Assembly (NCBI RefSeq): GCF_964204645.1
Contig: NC_134028.1
Location: 22,316,345-22,380,344 of the forward strand
DNA from: Tubulanus polymorphus
Taxonomy: Eukaryota; Animalia; Nemertea
Reading direction: 5' to 3'
Length of the DNA stretch: 64,000 nt
Part shown: piece after piece, positions 50,901 to 64,000 of the stretch
How the letters are laid out: each line of letters begins with the position of its first letter
Numbering within the stretch: the stretch's first letter is position 1
Notes under the pieces: model-generated
What the model saw: only the letters and a program-made list of their open reading frames with translations
The model's database searches: none
What the model was told of the DNA's origin: nothing
Program-made: the position numbers and the translations under genes

Positions 50901-51022
50901 GTGTAGTCTGTGCAAAAACAGCTATCACATTTCATTAAAATTACGTCAATATTTGCAGCTGGAAAGACAATTCATCCTAGACATGGTCGCTGCTTTTCAA
51001 CAGTGGACGCGATAGCTCTGGC

Positions 51023-51054
51023 CTTGGAGTAATCATTTGAATGATTACTCCAAG
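51023..51054. repeat. 32-bp palindrome (dispersed family)
   Basis: CTTGGAGTAATCATT-TG-AATGATTACTCCAAG; further copies at 60528-60560 and, degenerate, at 4861-4895. Confidence 0.8.
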
Positions 51055-53419
51055 CTCTAATATTGGGGTATTGAGTGGTTTTGTAGACACGGATGCGGGT
51101 TCGAATCCCGGCGAAACCATCCTAATCAGGCAGGACGTATATCATCGTTGTCCCAAGTCGTAGGCTAGTTTATCATCAGCACGTTGATTTACTAGAATAT
51201 GAAGAAGATACGTATATGATATGTGGACGACTATGAAGGTCATGATAATGTAACTAAGGAAAAGAGTGATGATCACTTTTGTAGAGATACGACGATTCTA
51301 GAGAAGTCGTGAAAACGCCGTTAAAAGGAGGCAATTATGTTGATAAGTGTCGGTAATGTGACATTACTAGTTGGGGTCGTAGCGCTTGACGTGAATAACT
51401 ATTAATCAACCAATCGATATATCGTCAAAACGACTGCAAAACTGCTTAATGATGAACAGAATGTATCAATGTTGAATATATACAATTTGAATGTCGTTCG
51501 ATACGGATTGATTGACGTTAAAGGTTTCCACTATTTGACGGCTGATTGGCGATAATAATCGATTTAGTGGACATGAAAAGTGTTTTCCATTAGTCAGTCG
51601 TATACTGTATACAGAAAACGTCTTCAGCATCGTCGCTCGAGTGTTGCCTCCTTGTTAGCGGAAAACATTGTCGAATCAAACCGGCTGAAACCAGCTGTTT
51701 CATTTCCCAGCTCGTGTATAACCTATACACGTGATCATCTCGTGCTGATTTTTTCGTCACTTTAATTTCGTCATTTCACCCCTAGGATTTTTCTCAATTG
51801 CTCGTGTAGCAAAAACGTGCAAAGCGGTGGAAATAGGTGCAGGAATTATATCTCGAGGATTTGAATTCGAGTAGACTTAGACTATTCCCATTCGTCGGAG
51901 CAATGCGTTTTTAAAATGGCATTGAAAACAGCAAAACGCCTAAAAGCAAAAAACCCATCGAAAAGGCAGCCCTTGATAAAGCGGCACTTTTTGTTACATT
52001 CCGGAAAATGTCATTGAGAATATCGAATCCTCTACAGGAAAAAAACTTAGAAAAGAGATGGCCTTCATTTGCTGAAAGCTGGAAATACTAGGAAATTTCG
52101 TCGAAAACATTGATATTGCATCCCCTTAAGCAACAGCCCTCGATATGGGATCCCATACTTGTTGAAGTAAAACGCTTTGCAAATGCTGGGAAATATCATC
52201 GAATACGGCAAAACCTCTACGAGCAAAATCTCTCGCGAAAAAAAGTGAGTCGGATGCTACTTGAATCTGGTGACGATGGAGATGAGATTCCGACAGAAAC
52301 TCGAAATACGTGCAGCAACTACAGATGAATGTTTAATAAAAGAAGCGGGAATGTATAGCTTACAATCGACTCCTCGTTTCCGGATATCTTCTCAACTGTA
52401 TGAGATTGCCACTGAAAAGAGGACATCGAGATTCGATTTACAAAACGCATTATTTGGAATACTTATAACGTTCTTTATGTTTTTGAAAACGAATTCGGGT
52501 AGATTATTCAGTGTTACTAGCTCTATCATATATCTATGATGCTTAAGCTGCTCTCGTGAAACGGGCCAATCCCACGGCGACAATCCGATTCAACGCAATT
52601 CAAGCTTTATTCGTGGCGATGAATTTAGCGCAGGGTTTGTGGGCGAAAAGCAACATTAGATGATACTAGGAAATGATACTAGGAAATGTGCACGGTCAAA
52701 ACTATATTAATCACAAAACAGATCTTTAGTGTATATAATCTTATATAGATGATACGTCTTACTAGTATTGCCACGGCTTGGTTTCTCCTAAATATATAGT
52801 CTCATGATACAGTATTTCTAATGGTATTACATAATAATATGTTCCGAAATTGAGGAAAATAAAGTTAATGTTAAGAATTACTATTTCGTATCGGGGTATA
52901 TCGGCGTAGTTCTTCCGCTCCGAAACACATGTGCCGACAATAATCCATCTTCGTGATGGCGGGTTTTCATACAACCCCGGGACGTAATCATTTTCATCCA
53001 TCTTCGTTTGGCAATTGTCGACTTAGGCGCTGCTGCAAGTCATACACCTCTCGATCCGATCCATACAACGTCATCGGTCTCCGTGCGAGTAGAACATGTT
53101 GTCGAAGCCGCGCGCACTTCGCTAATTGCGTTAACTTAATTGCTAAGATTTACGCATCTACAATAGCTACGTTAATCCGGCTATTCACGATGCTAATCCA
53201 CGCGCGAAGTCTCCGGATTAACAATCGAGTTGATCTCTAATTTTGAATTATCGATATCTCTCCGTCAGTATATCCTTCGAGGACTTCTAAACAATTTCGT
53301 TTCGTATCGAATACAAACTTTTACTCCTCGTTTTTGAGCGCCTAAACAACCTTGCACCTGAATATCCGCGGTCGCTCTTAACAGTCAACAATGTTCAAGG
53401 TTTAACAATGTTCAAGGGC

Positions 53420-53790
53420 ACTCCGTTCAAGTCACGATACCACATGCCTATTCAAACCTGTCTCTAAAAGGTCCATTGGCAGTAGAGCTTTGATGCTCAG
53501 TTCCCCATGCACTATGGAATGTTTTACCGTCCAGTATTCGGGAATCCCAATCTGTTGACGCTTTTAAACGAAACCTCAAAACTTGTATTTTTAGGACGGT
53601 TTTTACCATCGTTCAATGTCTCTTACAACTTGTTTTTATATTCATGTATTCCAAAGGTATCGTGATAATTTTAAGATGTCGTGAGTCAGTATTGTAAAGC
53701 ACTATGATTATCTTATAGTATAGCGCTATATAAACTAACAAATTTTTATTATCATTATCATATTATTTTATTATTGATATTAACATTATT
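53420..53790 (+). mobile_element. LINE (L2/CR1 group) 3' end relic
   Basis: SIGSRAL...LWNVLPSSIRESQSVDAFKRNLKTCIF, then GTAAAGCACT...AGCGCTATATAAA and an (ATT)n-like tail. Confidence 0.75.
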
Positions 53791-54799
53791 ATTACCATTC
53801 ATGTCGTACTTTCTAGTGAAACTAAACATCGTGATTACGTGGGTTGTGTATGTAAAAAGGCATTTGATTCCATCGAATGCCCCAAACTTCTCTACTGTGG
53901 TTGGCTTTAATTAGCGTTTTCAGTCTAGTTCTAACGATGACTCTCCGGGGTATTGATCGTGCGCGGCGATGTCTTCCAATATATCCCGTCATTTCAGAAT
54001 GATACAAAACTGTTACGAGTACTTTGTACGTAGTATACTGCCCTGCCCTCTTATCTAAGCGCTGATGTACGGCAATTAACTTTCGAAATCGACGGCAAAC
54101 ATCCCCAATTATCTCTTCGAATCGCTGGCAGGCGATCGAAATCTATCAAATCGTTGGCGTCGGAGTCGGTTCAAACGGTTGCAGATACGGCGTATATATA
54201 CACGGTATTACGTGCGTAACATTGTCAACGACTGAGGGTTTGAATGTATATAACTAGCCGTCGGAGCGTGGAAATTCAATTTGGGTATTGCATTCATAAG
54301 TAAACTAGGCGAGCGTTGTCGACGACGTTGTCGGCTCGATGTATCGCGGTTTGGTTTGTAGAATCGATTGGAAAATTGCCACAAAATCGCCTCAATAACG
54401 CTATATTGCGGATAAGGCGAAGAAATAGGCGAATCCTGTTGTCGGGTTTTGCATTTTCGCGGACGAAATTGCAGAGTGTCGCCGGCCGTCATCGGGTTTA
54501 TCCATTATCCCGGTAACGTGTTCAATTAGTCGCGTATTCCAGTTCGTTAGATCGCTTCAAAGTCGCGCACGATGTCCGGGATTTGTTTTCCACGGCGATG
54601 TCCACTTCTATAATTACTTGTGTCGATTTCAATTTGATAGCGACGGGGTCCGACCAACCATCGCTACTTCGAAAACATAGAATCGTTTACGTGACCAATT
54701 TTGACGATGAGTAAAGAACTAACAGTAAAAGAAAAACTAACTTTGTATGTATTCGCCGTGAAAAATAACATGTTCGGAATAAGATGTTAGGAATGGGAT

Positions 54800-55150
54800 G
54801 ATAATAATAATAATATTAATGATAATAATACCATAATTCCATATAAAATGTGCTCTTTGGCTTACGAAATGAGATGCACGATTTTAAAATTGGTAAAACA
54901 ACAGATATAAAAGAATAGTTAAGAATAAGCTACGGTAAAAAGGTAAGTCTTCATATGAGATTTTAAAGCATCTAAGGGTGGACTAAAATGTAATTGGTAA
55001 GATAATTATTCCAAAGAAATGGCGCGCAATCGTATAATGCTCTTTGACCTGCGGATTGTGGATGATTGGATCGACTAAGATTTTTCATGATTTTACGGAT
55101 TTTGTATATAGATTACTGTAGTTTAAGCTTTGTAAAAATGGAAATAAACC
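54800..55150 (-). mobile_element. LINE (L2/CR1 group) 3' end relic
   Basis: Minus strand reads SAGQRALYDCAPFLWNN...LDA...KSHMKTYLF across frameshifts, followed by a (TTA)n tail. Confidence 0.65.
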
Positions 55151-57739
55151 CTCTGCAACTGAGTTGCAATTTTACCCTCGTTGATATCGGATAGTAATGG
55201 AAAACTTATAGCAGCCAATCTTTCGCATTGAATTATAACAGTTAAATAGTTACGACAGATCTAATCTCCTTAAAAATCTCTTATAAACAATCGTGTGTAT
55301 ATAGAAGCAGATATTAGTACAGGAAACAGTAGGGCGATCTGTTCCTCACAGTACGCGTAGTGAACTTACGTGACCGGGTCCAGAATGGACGTTACCGTTA
55401 AATCTTACCCTAAAGTCTTATAAAGCGCAGATATCCTTCAAAAATGCACTCCTCTAGAAAATATTGCCTGAATAAAAGTGTATTTAGATGAGTCTTGAAC
55501 TGCTCCCGAACTGCATTTTCCAATGGGAAGTACCAAGAAGAAAATACAATCCACGACGGGTATGATAGTACAATTAATAATATCAAAAATACATATTTTT
55601 GATAATATTAATACAAGTCAAATTTCTACAGTCGATTCTATCAGGATGATATATATTTCTAATCGGCTGTCCATACGTCGGTGGCCCTCTCCTGATGTAG
55701 CGCCACACGTTTTGTGAACTGAATTCATTTCTTATTAGCGCGATCTACCCGCGTGAACTATATGCGTCTTATTACATTCATCTATTAGTCTGAAATTGTG
55801 TAATAAAAAGTATTTAACTGCGAACATTATAACCCTGAAAAAATTGATTAGCTCGAAGTCGATATTTTCTATGTAAAATTTTTTCGTATAAAATGTATTC
55901 GTGTTGCTTTCTTACGGAAGCGTCACACGGCGACATCGTTTACGAGAAACAGAGATTTAATTTTAGTTGAGAACAACATGAAATCATTCACGATTGTTGA
56001 ATAGTTTTTCCGATTTTATAACGAGTTACTATTAATCGTAAATGAATTCATGTCGAGATAATGACTCGACATAAAATCGGCAAAACTATTTATTAATCGT
56101 AAATGGTTTGTAATGCTGTGATATATCTCAAAACTAAAAATTTAGGAAATCTAGGAATTTTTATATTATATTTTATGTTGTCCGCAGGACGCTTCCGTAC
56201 TATCGAGATTTTAATCTGTCTAATTTTAGAGGTTTGCATCGTTTTCGTCAACATTCACACATTTTTATGATTATTCATTGCAATTTCACGTAATTTCGCA
56301 AGCATCTGCGCAGTGTTGCTGAAATCCCATTTGCAGTACGACTAGAATGAACGGATGGCAGTTATCCGGAATTTCGACCGAGTCCTCTGGTTTCATTTTG
56401 TCCCTTTTCTTTACTACACGTTGAATAAGACAATATCATGTCACTTTTTGCGCCAACGTAATTGAGTGTGTTTTGTGTAATGTACTTTGTCCAGAAGAAA
56501 TATTGTAACTAACAATCAATAGATAACAATCAACCAACTACCGTGGAACTGAAAGTGAATCCATAGTTCTTTTTACTCAACTTAATTCATGTATAAGCGT
56601 ATGGTTTGTTACATTTATTCGTAACTATCTAGTACAGTTAGCGCAGTTATTTCTGTAACATTGGCTATAGCAGTAACTTTGGCCTATCGGTTTGCTCGCG
56701 CATCCAAGACTGCAGTTCCATCCACAGAAACCACATGAATTCAGCCAGTTACCGTTAACAACCCCGGCGCCCGTAGCGACCATAACCAGAACTAAAATCA
56801 ATACGCACTAAAAAAAAGAAACGCATATATTTTTCAAGGCTTTTTTACAGCTAACATGATTTCATACAATTTAGAAACAACTAGATGTAAGGGAAATGTC
56901 AGATATCGAAAAGCAGCTTTCCAGCTGATTAAACGGCCGTTTCCCGTCACCCCGCGCAATGTATTTGCATAATTTCATCACGATACATTTAAAACTGCTG
57001 ATTTGCTATGCCAAATGTACGTTTAAATAATCGAAGTTTGCATCAAGTAGTTGAGGTATTAACATTTCTTACGCGTTATAAGATTCAAAGCACTAATGAT
57101 AGACACATTACCTTTGATGACATGTTCACAAATTGCTGTCAAAATTCTCGATTTTACCGGATATTTTCTTTGTCGTCAACTGCGCGGATGTCAGTGCGTA
57201 TAATTCGTAATGACGATTGAATATATTCTGTTTTTAGATATATAGCGGATGGTGGTATTTGATATGAGTGCTCATCTCAACTGTTCAAATACAACGGTCG
57301 AATCGGCATTTACGAGTTAAGTTGAAAAATGTTAGAATCATATGAACCTGTTTAACAGCTTTATTTGAGATATGTTTAAAACAGTCAATATGAAAAATAC
57401 AAGGTATCGTTGCTAACTCATTTCAGGCTTAAATTTGGTCGATTTGCTGCGAACAGCAGTTTAATATATCAATATTATAATGAAGAATATATATTTCATT
57501 AATTCGTGATATTTCCCTGGGACTCGTGGATCCATAGAATCCGGCCAATATCGATGACTGACTTTGCTTCAATCCAGTAGAGACCAGTAAATACCACAAG
57601 AAGCATACATACATGTTAAACAATCTATTTTGATATATAAAAACCTATTGACATAAGGCGCTAAAATTCCTGATTTGGTTACTACCTCGGCAGTACTTCC
57701 ACAGGTGGTTAGCATTTATCTCCGTATTGCTATCGGATA

Positions 57740-58830
57740 TATAAACTAATTTTTGAAAGGTATGTTTTTATGTAGTATTGGTAAAATGGAGGAAGCTGGT
57801 CTCATGTAGATTTTATTCGACCATTTTATCTCACGTAAAGTAATGTATCATTCGTTACAACAAAATATACAAAGAAAGAGGATGTCGCATTTATAAGGTG
57901 GCTGATTCTGGCCATACTAAAAAAATTAGGCTAGAGCAGTGATAAAACAATTTTCACATTGGACCTTTTTCACTTTTAGTTTTCTCGTGCGAGCTTTTCA
58001 AAACAACCATAATTTCAATGAATCGTCAGATCAATTCATAGATTTTACAATTCATAATTCCAAGAATCATCATGATAGTGCATCATCAGCTGTTTAGTGC
58101 ATGCCCGATATTTAGTACATTTCATGTGAAATCGATTAATTTTCAATGGTTTTTTCTTTTTTAAATATTGAAATGTTGAAGTAAACATGATGATAATCGA
58201 TGGAACGTTAAAAATGCAAATAGACAGTATTTTACCACCCTTCTACCTGAAATGCTTATGTTTATTGATCAAAACTGAAATTTACTGAATCATGTTTTTG
58301 CATGGTATTTATTGAGTTCGGGTGCTGCTATTCCTAATGATAGCATATCCATCAACGGATGATTCCCGGTAAGAATCTATCTGAAAGTTTGCCATTGGAT
58401 AGATAAACTATTATTCGTTAGGTATCTTTTATATGGTATTGGTACGATGGAGGAAGCTTGTCTCATTTTCTTTAATCATTTAATCTTACGTAATGTATCA
58501 ATACGTACCATTTATATTACGAATAGTAGAAACTTATGACGTTACTTCCACGAATTTAGGAGATTCATAATTTCTCGAGAATTATGATAACGCATGGGCG
58601 AAATAAAGGCTAGTTCAGTTTTAATGTGAAAACGATTACTGTTCAATGGCGATGTCATTTTTCAAGTGTTGAAATGTTGAAGTAAACATGATGGCAATCG
58701 ATTGAATTCTACGAATGCAGATGCACAGGTGAACGAAACCCGATAGAATATTTTCACCACCCGTCAAACACTCCGGTAGATTTGAAAATTGTTTACATTG
58801 ATCTAAAAGTGAAATTTACTAAATTATTCA
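57740..58830. repeat. Old local tandem duplication (two diverged ~0.45-0.55 kb units)
   Basis: GTATTGGTA.ATGGAGGAAGCT.GTCTCAT at ~57775 and ~58436; TTGAAATGTTGAAGTAAACATGATG..AATCGAT at ~58168 and ~58669. Confidence 0.75.
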
Positions 58831-59581
58831 TAAAATTCTCGCCAGAACAGTAATATAGAGAATACCGTACTCAGAAAAGGAAAAGCTAGTCAACTTATTA
58901 TCTTGTTTTGAATGATTTCTTCTGAACGTATACATTCGACGAGGTGATGATCTCTTTATTCTGGATTGATGTATTCATAGTTTTGTTATAACTTTGATAT
59001 TCCTGCAGATGACTATTAGGATGATGAATCGTTAACCAGAGGAAAACATTTCGGACTTATATATGTATTACGAGATGTGGTAAACTCCTCCTAAGTTACC
59101 GAAGTTGTTTTCAGTTTGGGTCACTCTATGCCGATAAACACATCCTCGCCCCTGCCTCGCTCTTCGTCCATTCTCATCCCTGTCCTCTCGGCAGGATCCG
59201 TAACCAAAAAATTCGACTTTCACACGGGATTGTTTCTACAGACAGAAATATTGACATCTCAACAAGTATTTTCTGTCGATATTCTTACTCGTTCATATAT
59301 ACAGTCGCCTGTTGAACGACCCTTTCTCGTCGCCGGCTCGCTCAGCTTCGTCTTGAGAGAATAGATATTTGTATACGTCTTTCGTTGGTAATAGTTTCGA
59401 GATGTACACGCCGTCGACGAGGTTTAGTGATGGAAATAATTACGAGCAGTGCGCGCGGGATTGGTGTAACTTGCCCACTCAAATCATGCTCATGTAACGT
59501 GCCGAGTGCTCGAATCATAATTACACAGTGACGTCAATATCATTACAACGCCGCAGACCCGGCACGCATCCACATCTACAA

Positions 59582-59897
59582 TGGGGTACCCGCAGTGCTA
59601 CTACGGCAATCGAGCATTCCACTAATGGCAGGCGAGGATCCGCCAGGTTTGCTAGTAGATCGTTGGTCGTCCGCGTTCGATTTTTTCTACATTTCAATTA
59701 AATCTACATGAACTTTTCTCATAGATGAATCAATTATTTATGAAAAACTTTACCGATATCCGAGTAGAAGAATGAAAGTATTGTATATTTGGTGGGTGCT
59801 GTAATAATGTATGGATTGAGGAGTCATTGATTTGATTATGAACTAATTTTGACAACGGAAGACCTAATGCTCGTCACGCCATCTGGCGGGATAACTG
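59582..59897 (-). repeat. Interspersed repeat, inverted copy of 28195-28534
   Basis: See 28195-28534. Confidence 0.8.
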
Positions 59898-60089
59898 GTT
59901 TTGCGGGTAATCCCATTGTTAACTGAGATTTTACTCAATTCACTGAAAATGAACTATTCTCTAACGTTAGTCAAACCTAAACGAAAACTATGCAACAGTC
60001 ACTCCGATCGAAACCAAGTCCTCGTTTATATCTAACTCTTGAGCCAGTTCGACCCTTTTTGGTTCGGTCGAAGTTTCAATGACCAGCTA

Positions 60090-60153
60090 GCTCTCGTGGT
60101 GCGATGCATATAGTGCGCTGCACTGAAAATGGGTTCGAGTCCCATCGAGGATG
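60090..60153 (+). pseudogene. Decayed copy of the neighbouring tRNA-Arg (anticodon and variable arm deleted)
   Basis: GCTCTCGTGGTGCGATGCATATAGTGCGCTGCACT...TGGGTTCGAGTCCCATCGAGGATG followed by TTTTT; collinear with 60840-60912. Confidence 0.7.
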
Positions 60154-60527
60154 CTTTTTCTAATTTTTTTTTTCAAATTACAGATTATTTTGAGTTATAG
60201 GTAGTGTAAAAACAATAATCGGTTGATCCAGTGTCTGTTATTTTATTTACATGATAGACTCCGAATTGACAGATTATCGTTTTCACAGCACCACAACCCT
60301 GAAACCCTATGCAAGTCTGCCAACATTAGCTCCAATATCCACAAGATCTCCACAAAATCCGACCTACTGCCGCTAGATACCACCTCACGTCCAATCTGTC
60401 GGCTGTATAAATGTCAAAAACGTAATCAGATATATGAATCACATCAGTCATGTTATATGTGAATATTGAATTCGGAAACGAACTACGTTAACCAGCTATT
60501 TACTATATTTTACTCGGTGTGTTTGAG

Positions 60528-60560
60528 CTTGGAGTAATCATTTCAAATGATTACTCTAAG
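60528..60560. repeat. 33-bp palindrome (dispersed family)
   Basis: CTTGGAGTAATCATTT-C-AAATGATTACTCTAAG. Confidence 0.8.
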
Positions 60561-60839
60561 GTTTGAGCGTCCAGATGATATTATAGAATAATTCGAAGGG
60601 CGCTTAATCCTAATCCGAACCCTAATCCGACGAGGCACACACACACGACCTGCTGTTCAGATCGATTCACGCTGCACTTACGTATTTCCTGTTGTAAAAC
60701 ATTGAGCTATGATAAATGATTGTAGTAAACCGTTTGAATTGGATTACGGTTATGTATACATATTTATGCAGAACAGGTATTTGTTAATGTGTGCATTATG
60801 TAGAATGAAAATTTTATTGTATTAACACTATCCTACCAG

Positions 60840-60912
60840 GCCCTCGTGGCGCAACGGATAGCGCGCTGGACTTCTAATTCAGAGGCTGTGGGTTCGAATC
60901 CCATCGAGGGTG
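60840..60912 (+). tRNA. tRNA-Arg(TCT), intronless
   Basis: Full cloverleaf: GCCCTCG/CGAGGGT acceptor, GCGC/GCGC D-stem, CTGGA-CTTCTAA-TTCAG anticodon arm, GTGGG-TTCGAAT-CCCAT T arm. Downstream TTTT runs give a Pol III terminator. Confidence 0.95.
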
Positions 60913-62230
60913 TCTTTTGGTTTTTTCACCCCTAAAAAGTCCTAATCGCACTCATCATTTTACTGTATCAATATCACACATGAACACCACATCACCTGAG
61001 AGTTAGAATGTCCTATTTATATTTTGATTGATTTGATTCGAATCGTTTCGATTATTATTTCGTGTCCCTTACACATTTATCACACCTGATGGGAACAAAA
61101 CTGGTGAATTTTAAATGTCGTCAGTGATAGCTGTCATCGGAAAGACGCAAGCGTGAAATTATTTGAAGGACGTTTGACGTGCCATATTCTATGGTGTCTG
61201 ATTCGGGATATTTAAAAATTCTTCCGTACGACTAGAGCAACCGTTTTTTTGTGTTCTCGCGTAAGAATTTAAAAAATCTAGTTTCGCAAAAAATTTAAAA
61301 AGTCGAAACCAAAAGTTTTGAATATTCGGGCGAGAAACGAAAAACAAACTGGCCAGTGTGACAAATATTTTTATCGTCGCTCTAGCTGTACAGAAAGATT
61401 TGTTTGTATGGCACGAATCAGCCGCTATACTGTTCCGCGTCGGTAGGAAAACTTAGTAATGTGTCACTGTGAATGTTTCACATGAAGAGCTTCGATCGAA
61501 AAAAAATGTCGAAACCATCGAACACGCGCGGGCGAGACATATTCGGCGCGATTGTTAGTTCGCCTCTCTCGACTAATACGTTTCTAATCCTTGACACGAA
61601 ACGAAATCTTCTGGCGCCGTCACCGGGACGAATATAATACCTTTTTCCGACGTTAATTGTACATGTCTTATCGTCGGGAATGTGTCAGTTCACGAAGGCG
61701 CGCAAATTAGGCAGCAGGAGCTCAGGTTCGCTCGTGTGGTGTTATACTCGCGTTTTTGAAGTAGCGAATCCGTATCTCCTTAAATTGGCGCCATAACACC
61801 TGAGGCTTTGTATAGGTGCCTGTCATTTCGGCATTCTTGTCATCTCTTCTGCTCAGACGGACGACGGAGAAAAAAAAACGTCGCGTCGTCAACTTTGAGA
61901 GGAGATTCGCCGGAACATCGTCGATACGACGGGCAATAAGTAGCCGGGTTGTCAATATAGCCGGCGCGAATGTCTCCCCTGCTAGGACAGAACTAATCAA
62001 CAGGCTAAATGAACAACCGATGTGCGCGGAATTTATAACGCTTTATTAAGCAAGTGTGCGCTAGAACAGAAAATGCTACTAAGTCACACCTGGCGGTGCG
62101 TTAATGGTCTATGTTGATGCCCTATTCGCAAGCTAGAATTCATAATTCACAGTCTGCCAGTGTTAATGAACATTTCGACGCTAAGTATGATTTATCAGTC
62201 GCCCTTCGTTAATGTCCGTGAATCTAATCT

Positions 62231-62830
62231 GGTTCTTTTGCGGCTGTTTGTTGCGTAATAACGTTCCCAAGGAAACGAGAACAAATTCCAGGGATGGAGC
62301 ACCTTCTGTAGTTTTTTTTTAAAGATATATTCAGCCTCATGGGGCCAGTTGCACAGTCGTGACTTAAGTCCAAAAGTGGTCTTAAATCTTAAGACTGGTC
62401 GTAAGTTGTTAGATAAGCTATAGAACTAAGTTGGTCTTAGACTGGTCTTAAGTCTAAGCCATGACTGTGCAACTGGCCCCCTGGATTCGCCTGGGAAACA
62501 AAGCGCTATCGCATTTGTCATTTTAGCGAACGCCTCGCCGGTTCTCGTTCTTTTGCTGCTGTTTGTTGCGTAACACGTTCCCAGGGAAACGACAGAAAAT
62601 AATCAAGGGCTGGAGCCCTTTTGTATATTGAGCCTCCGGAATTCGTCTTGTTGGGTAACAGAGCACCATTTTCAAAATCTATCGCATCTGTCATTTTAGC
62701 GAACGCCTCATCTGAATCTTTCTTTTGCCGCTGTTTGTTGCGTAACACGTTCCCAGGGAAACAAGAAAAATTCAAGAGCTGGAGCACCTCCGGGATTCGT
62801 CTCACTGCGAAACAAAGCACTACTTTCGAA
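62231..62830. repeat. Three-unit tandem repeat, first unit interrupted by a MITE
   Basis: TTCTTTTGC.GCTGTTTGTTGCGTAA..CGTTCCCA.GGAAAC...TGGAGC at ~62233, ~62548 and ~62720. Confidence 0.85.
62341..62480. mobile_element. MITE (PIF/Harbinger-like) with perfect 18-bp TIRs
   Basis: GGGGCCAGTTGCACAGTC...GACTGTGCAACTGGCCCC. Confidence 0.88.
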
Positions 62831-63534
62831 ATCTAACGAATCCGTCATTTAGACAACGCATTGCCCGGACTCATCGCTAAATTTAAGCATTCGATAGTTC
62901 GGAAGGGTTAATGTCACTTTTTTCAATGGACTTAGCCCCGATTGCTGCTTATTTTCGGACTCGATTCAGCTCGTCTGATCAATGCACTTTTCATCCTCGA
63001 ACAAACACTGTAATTAGATTATGGCATGCGCTCAGCTGATCGTGGTGTACATGGTCATATTTGCCGCTGCGATGCCGCTCTGTAATGCGGGCTCGTTGCA
63101 GTGATTTGCCGGAGTCATGATTGAGCTATTTACGACGTTCGCACGCGAAAAACAAATTCGATCGTGAGCCATGGGATTACGCGTGTGTTATGATTTCCGA
63201 ACCTGATATAGCCGGCTGTCACACAATTTATCATAAATAGCATATCTGAATTTCAACGCCGCATATTTTAATGTCGATGGGATTTTTCGCTCGGAGGTTC
63301 GCCGGCGCGGCCTTGGGGAAGATAGGAACGGCAGGAAAGAAGCGCCTTTAATCACATCCTGGCCTACTGACGCGCTAGGGAGCTATTTTCCATCATTATG
63401 GGGCTCGTAATCCGTGCGATGCCATAATTAAGATCTATTACAACTCGGCGCATCTATCATAACCAGTTCATTTTGAATTAATTTGAATATTCACCTTAAA
63501 TTGAATTAAAAATGAACCGCTACTAGAAACGAAC

Positions 63535-63675
63535 GATAAAATGGCTAAGATGGCGGAGGATTTTCCAAAATGGCGCATGCCGCATTTGGTATATCTCCGA
63601 CGTCAGCGTCGAGCCGTGTATGTGACGTAAAGGTTAAGCTAACAATGCGGATAATCGGGCGTCTCGCGGGATTTG
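63535..63675. promoter_or_regulatory. Probable core/proximal promoter: YY1-like triplet, CRE-like sites and CGCG element
   Basis: AAAATGGC, AAGATGGCGG and AAAATGGCG at 63538-63575; CGACGTCA and TGACGTAA; TCTCGCGGGA at 63662. A GA-rich tract follows at 63807-63872. Confidence 0.45.
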
Positions 63676-64000
63676 TTACACGCCGAGCTACAAAATCCAA
63701 TTTATGTTACGTCTAAATAGCGAATCCACGCGAACTTTGCTGCCGCAAATGCAGCTGAGGTATTAAATCATCGATACGCCGAGATCGAATCAGTATCGCT
63801 TCGGCGAGGAGACAGAGGGAGAGAGAGAGAGACAGAGGGAGAGCAGAGGGTGAGAGAGGGGGAAGAGAGAAAGGCTACTAGACACAGAAGCTCGTCGGCT
63901 AGGACGATTTTTCCACGTCCCTAGACGCTTCCTCTCGGAAGCGCCATCGGCAAGTGAGCATTCCCATTCTACCACCGAAGTCAATTTCATCACCACCGTC

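Noticed and set aside
51070-51120. GGGTTCGAATCCC motif as a tRNA (similar motifs at ~5150 and ~19236)
   Set aside because: B-box only with no cloverleaf; most likely SINE remnants.
62231-62830. Regularly spaced repeats considered as CRISPR-like
   Set aside because: Only three long diverged units, and the intervening sequences are homologous to each other.

Overview
Eukaryotic (animal) genomic DNA with spliceosomal GT-AG introns. It looks like an invertebrate, and lophotrochozoan is only a guess. The left ~24 kb is gene-dense: (i) a minus-strand ankyrin-repeat gene running off the window edge; (ii) an 8-exon minus-strand type I membrane protein gene with signal peptide-ShKT-Cys linker-4 sushi/CCP-TM architecture; (iii) a small class A GPCR cluster with one intact intronless gene and two near-identical truncated copies; (iv) a decayed, very AT-rich Polinton/Maverick (adintovirus-like) endogenous element with protein-primed PolB, small accessory ORFs, an rve-integrase N-terminus and a fold-back AGTAGT terminus; (v) a monocarboxylate transporter (SLC16-like) gene with an RRxS-rich tail. 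The right ~40 kb is almost non-coding. It holds one exon of a ParB/sulfiredoxin-like orphan gene, NYN-like and DIRS-like relics, LINE 3' ends, MITEs, tRNA-derived SINE heads, hairpins, an intact tRNA-Arg(TCT) with a decayed twin, and a probable promoter at the right edge. All family assignments come from motif recognition by eye; no database search was run.
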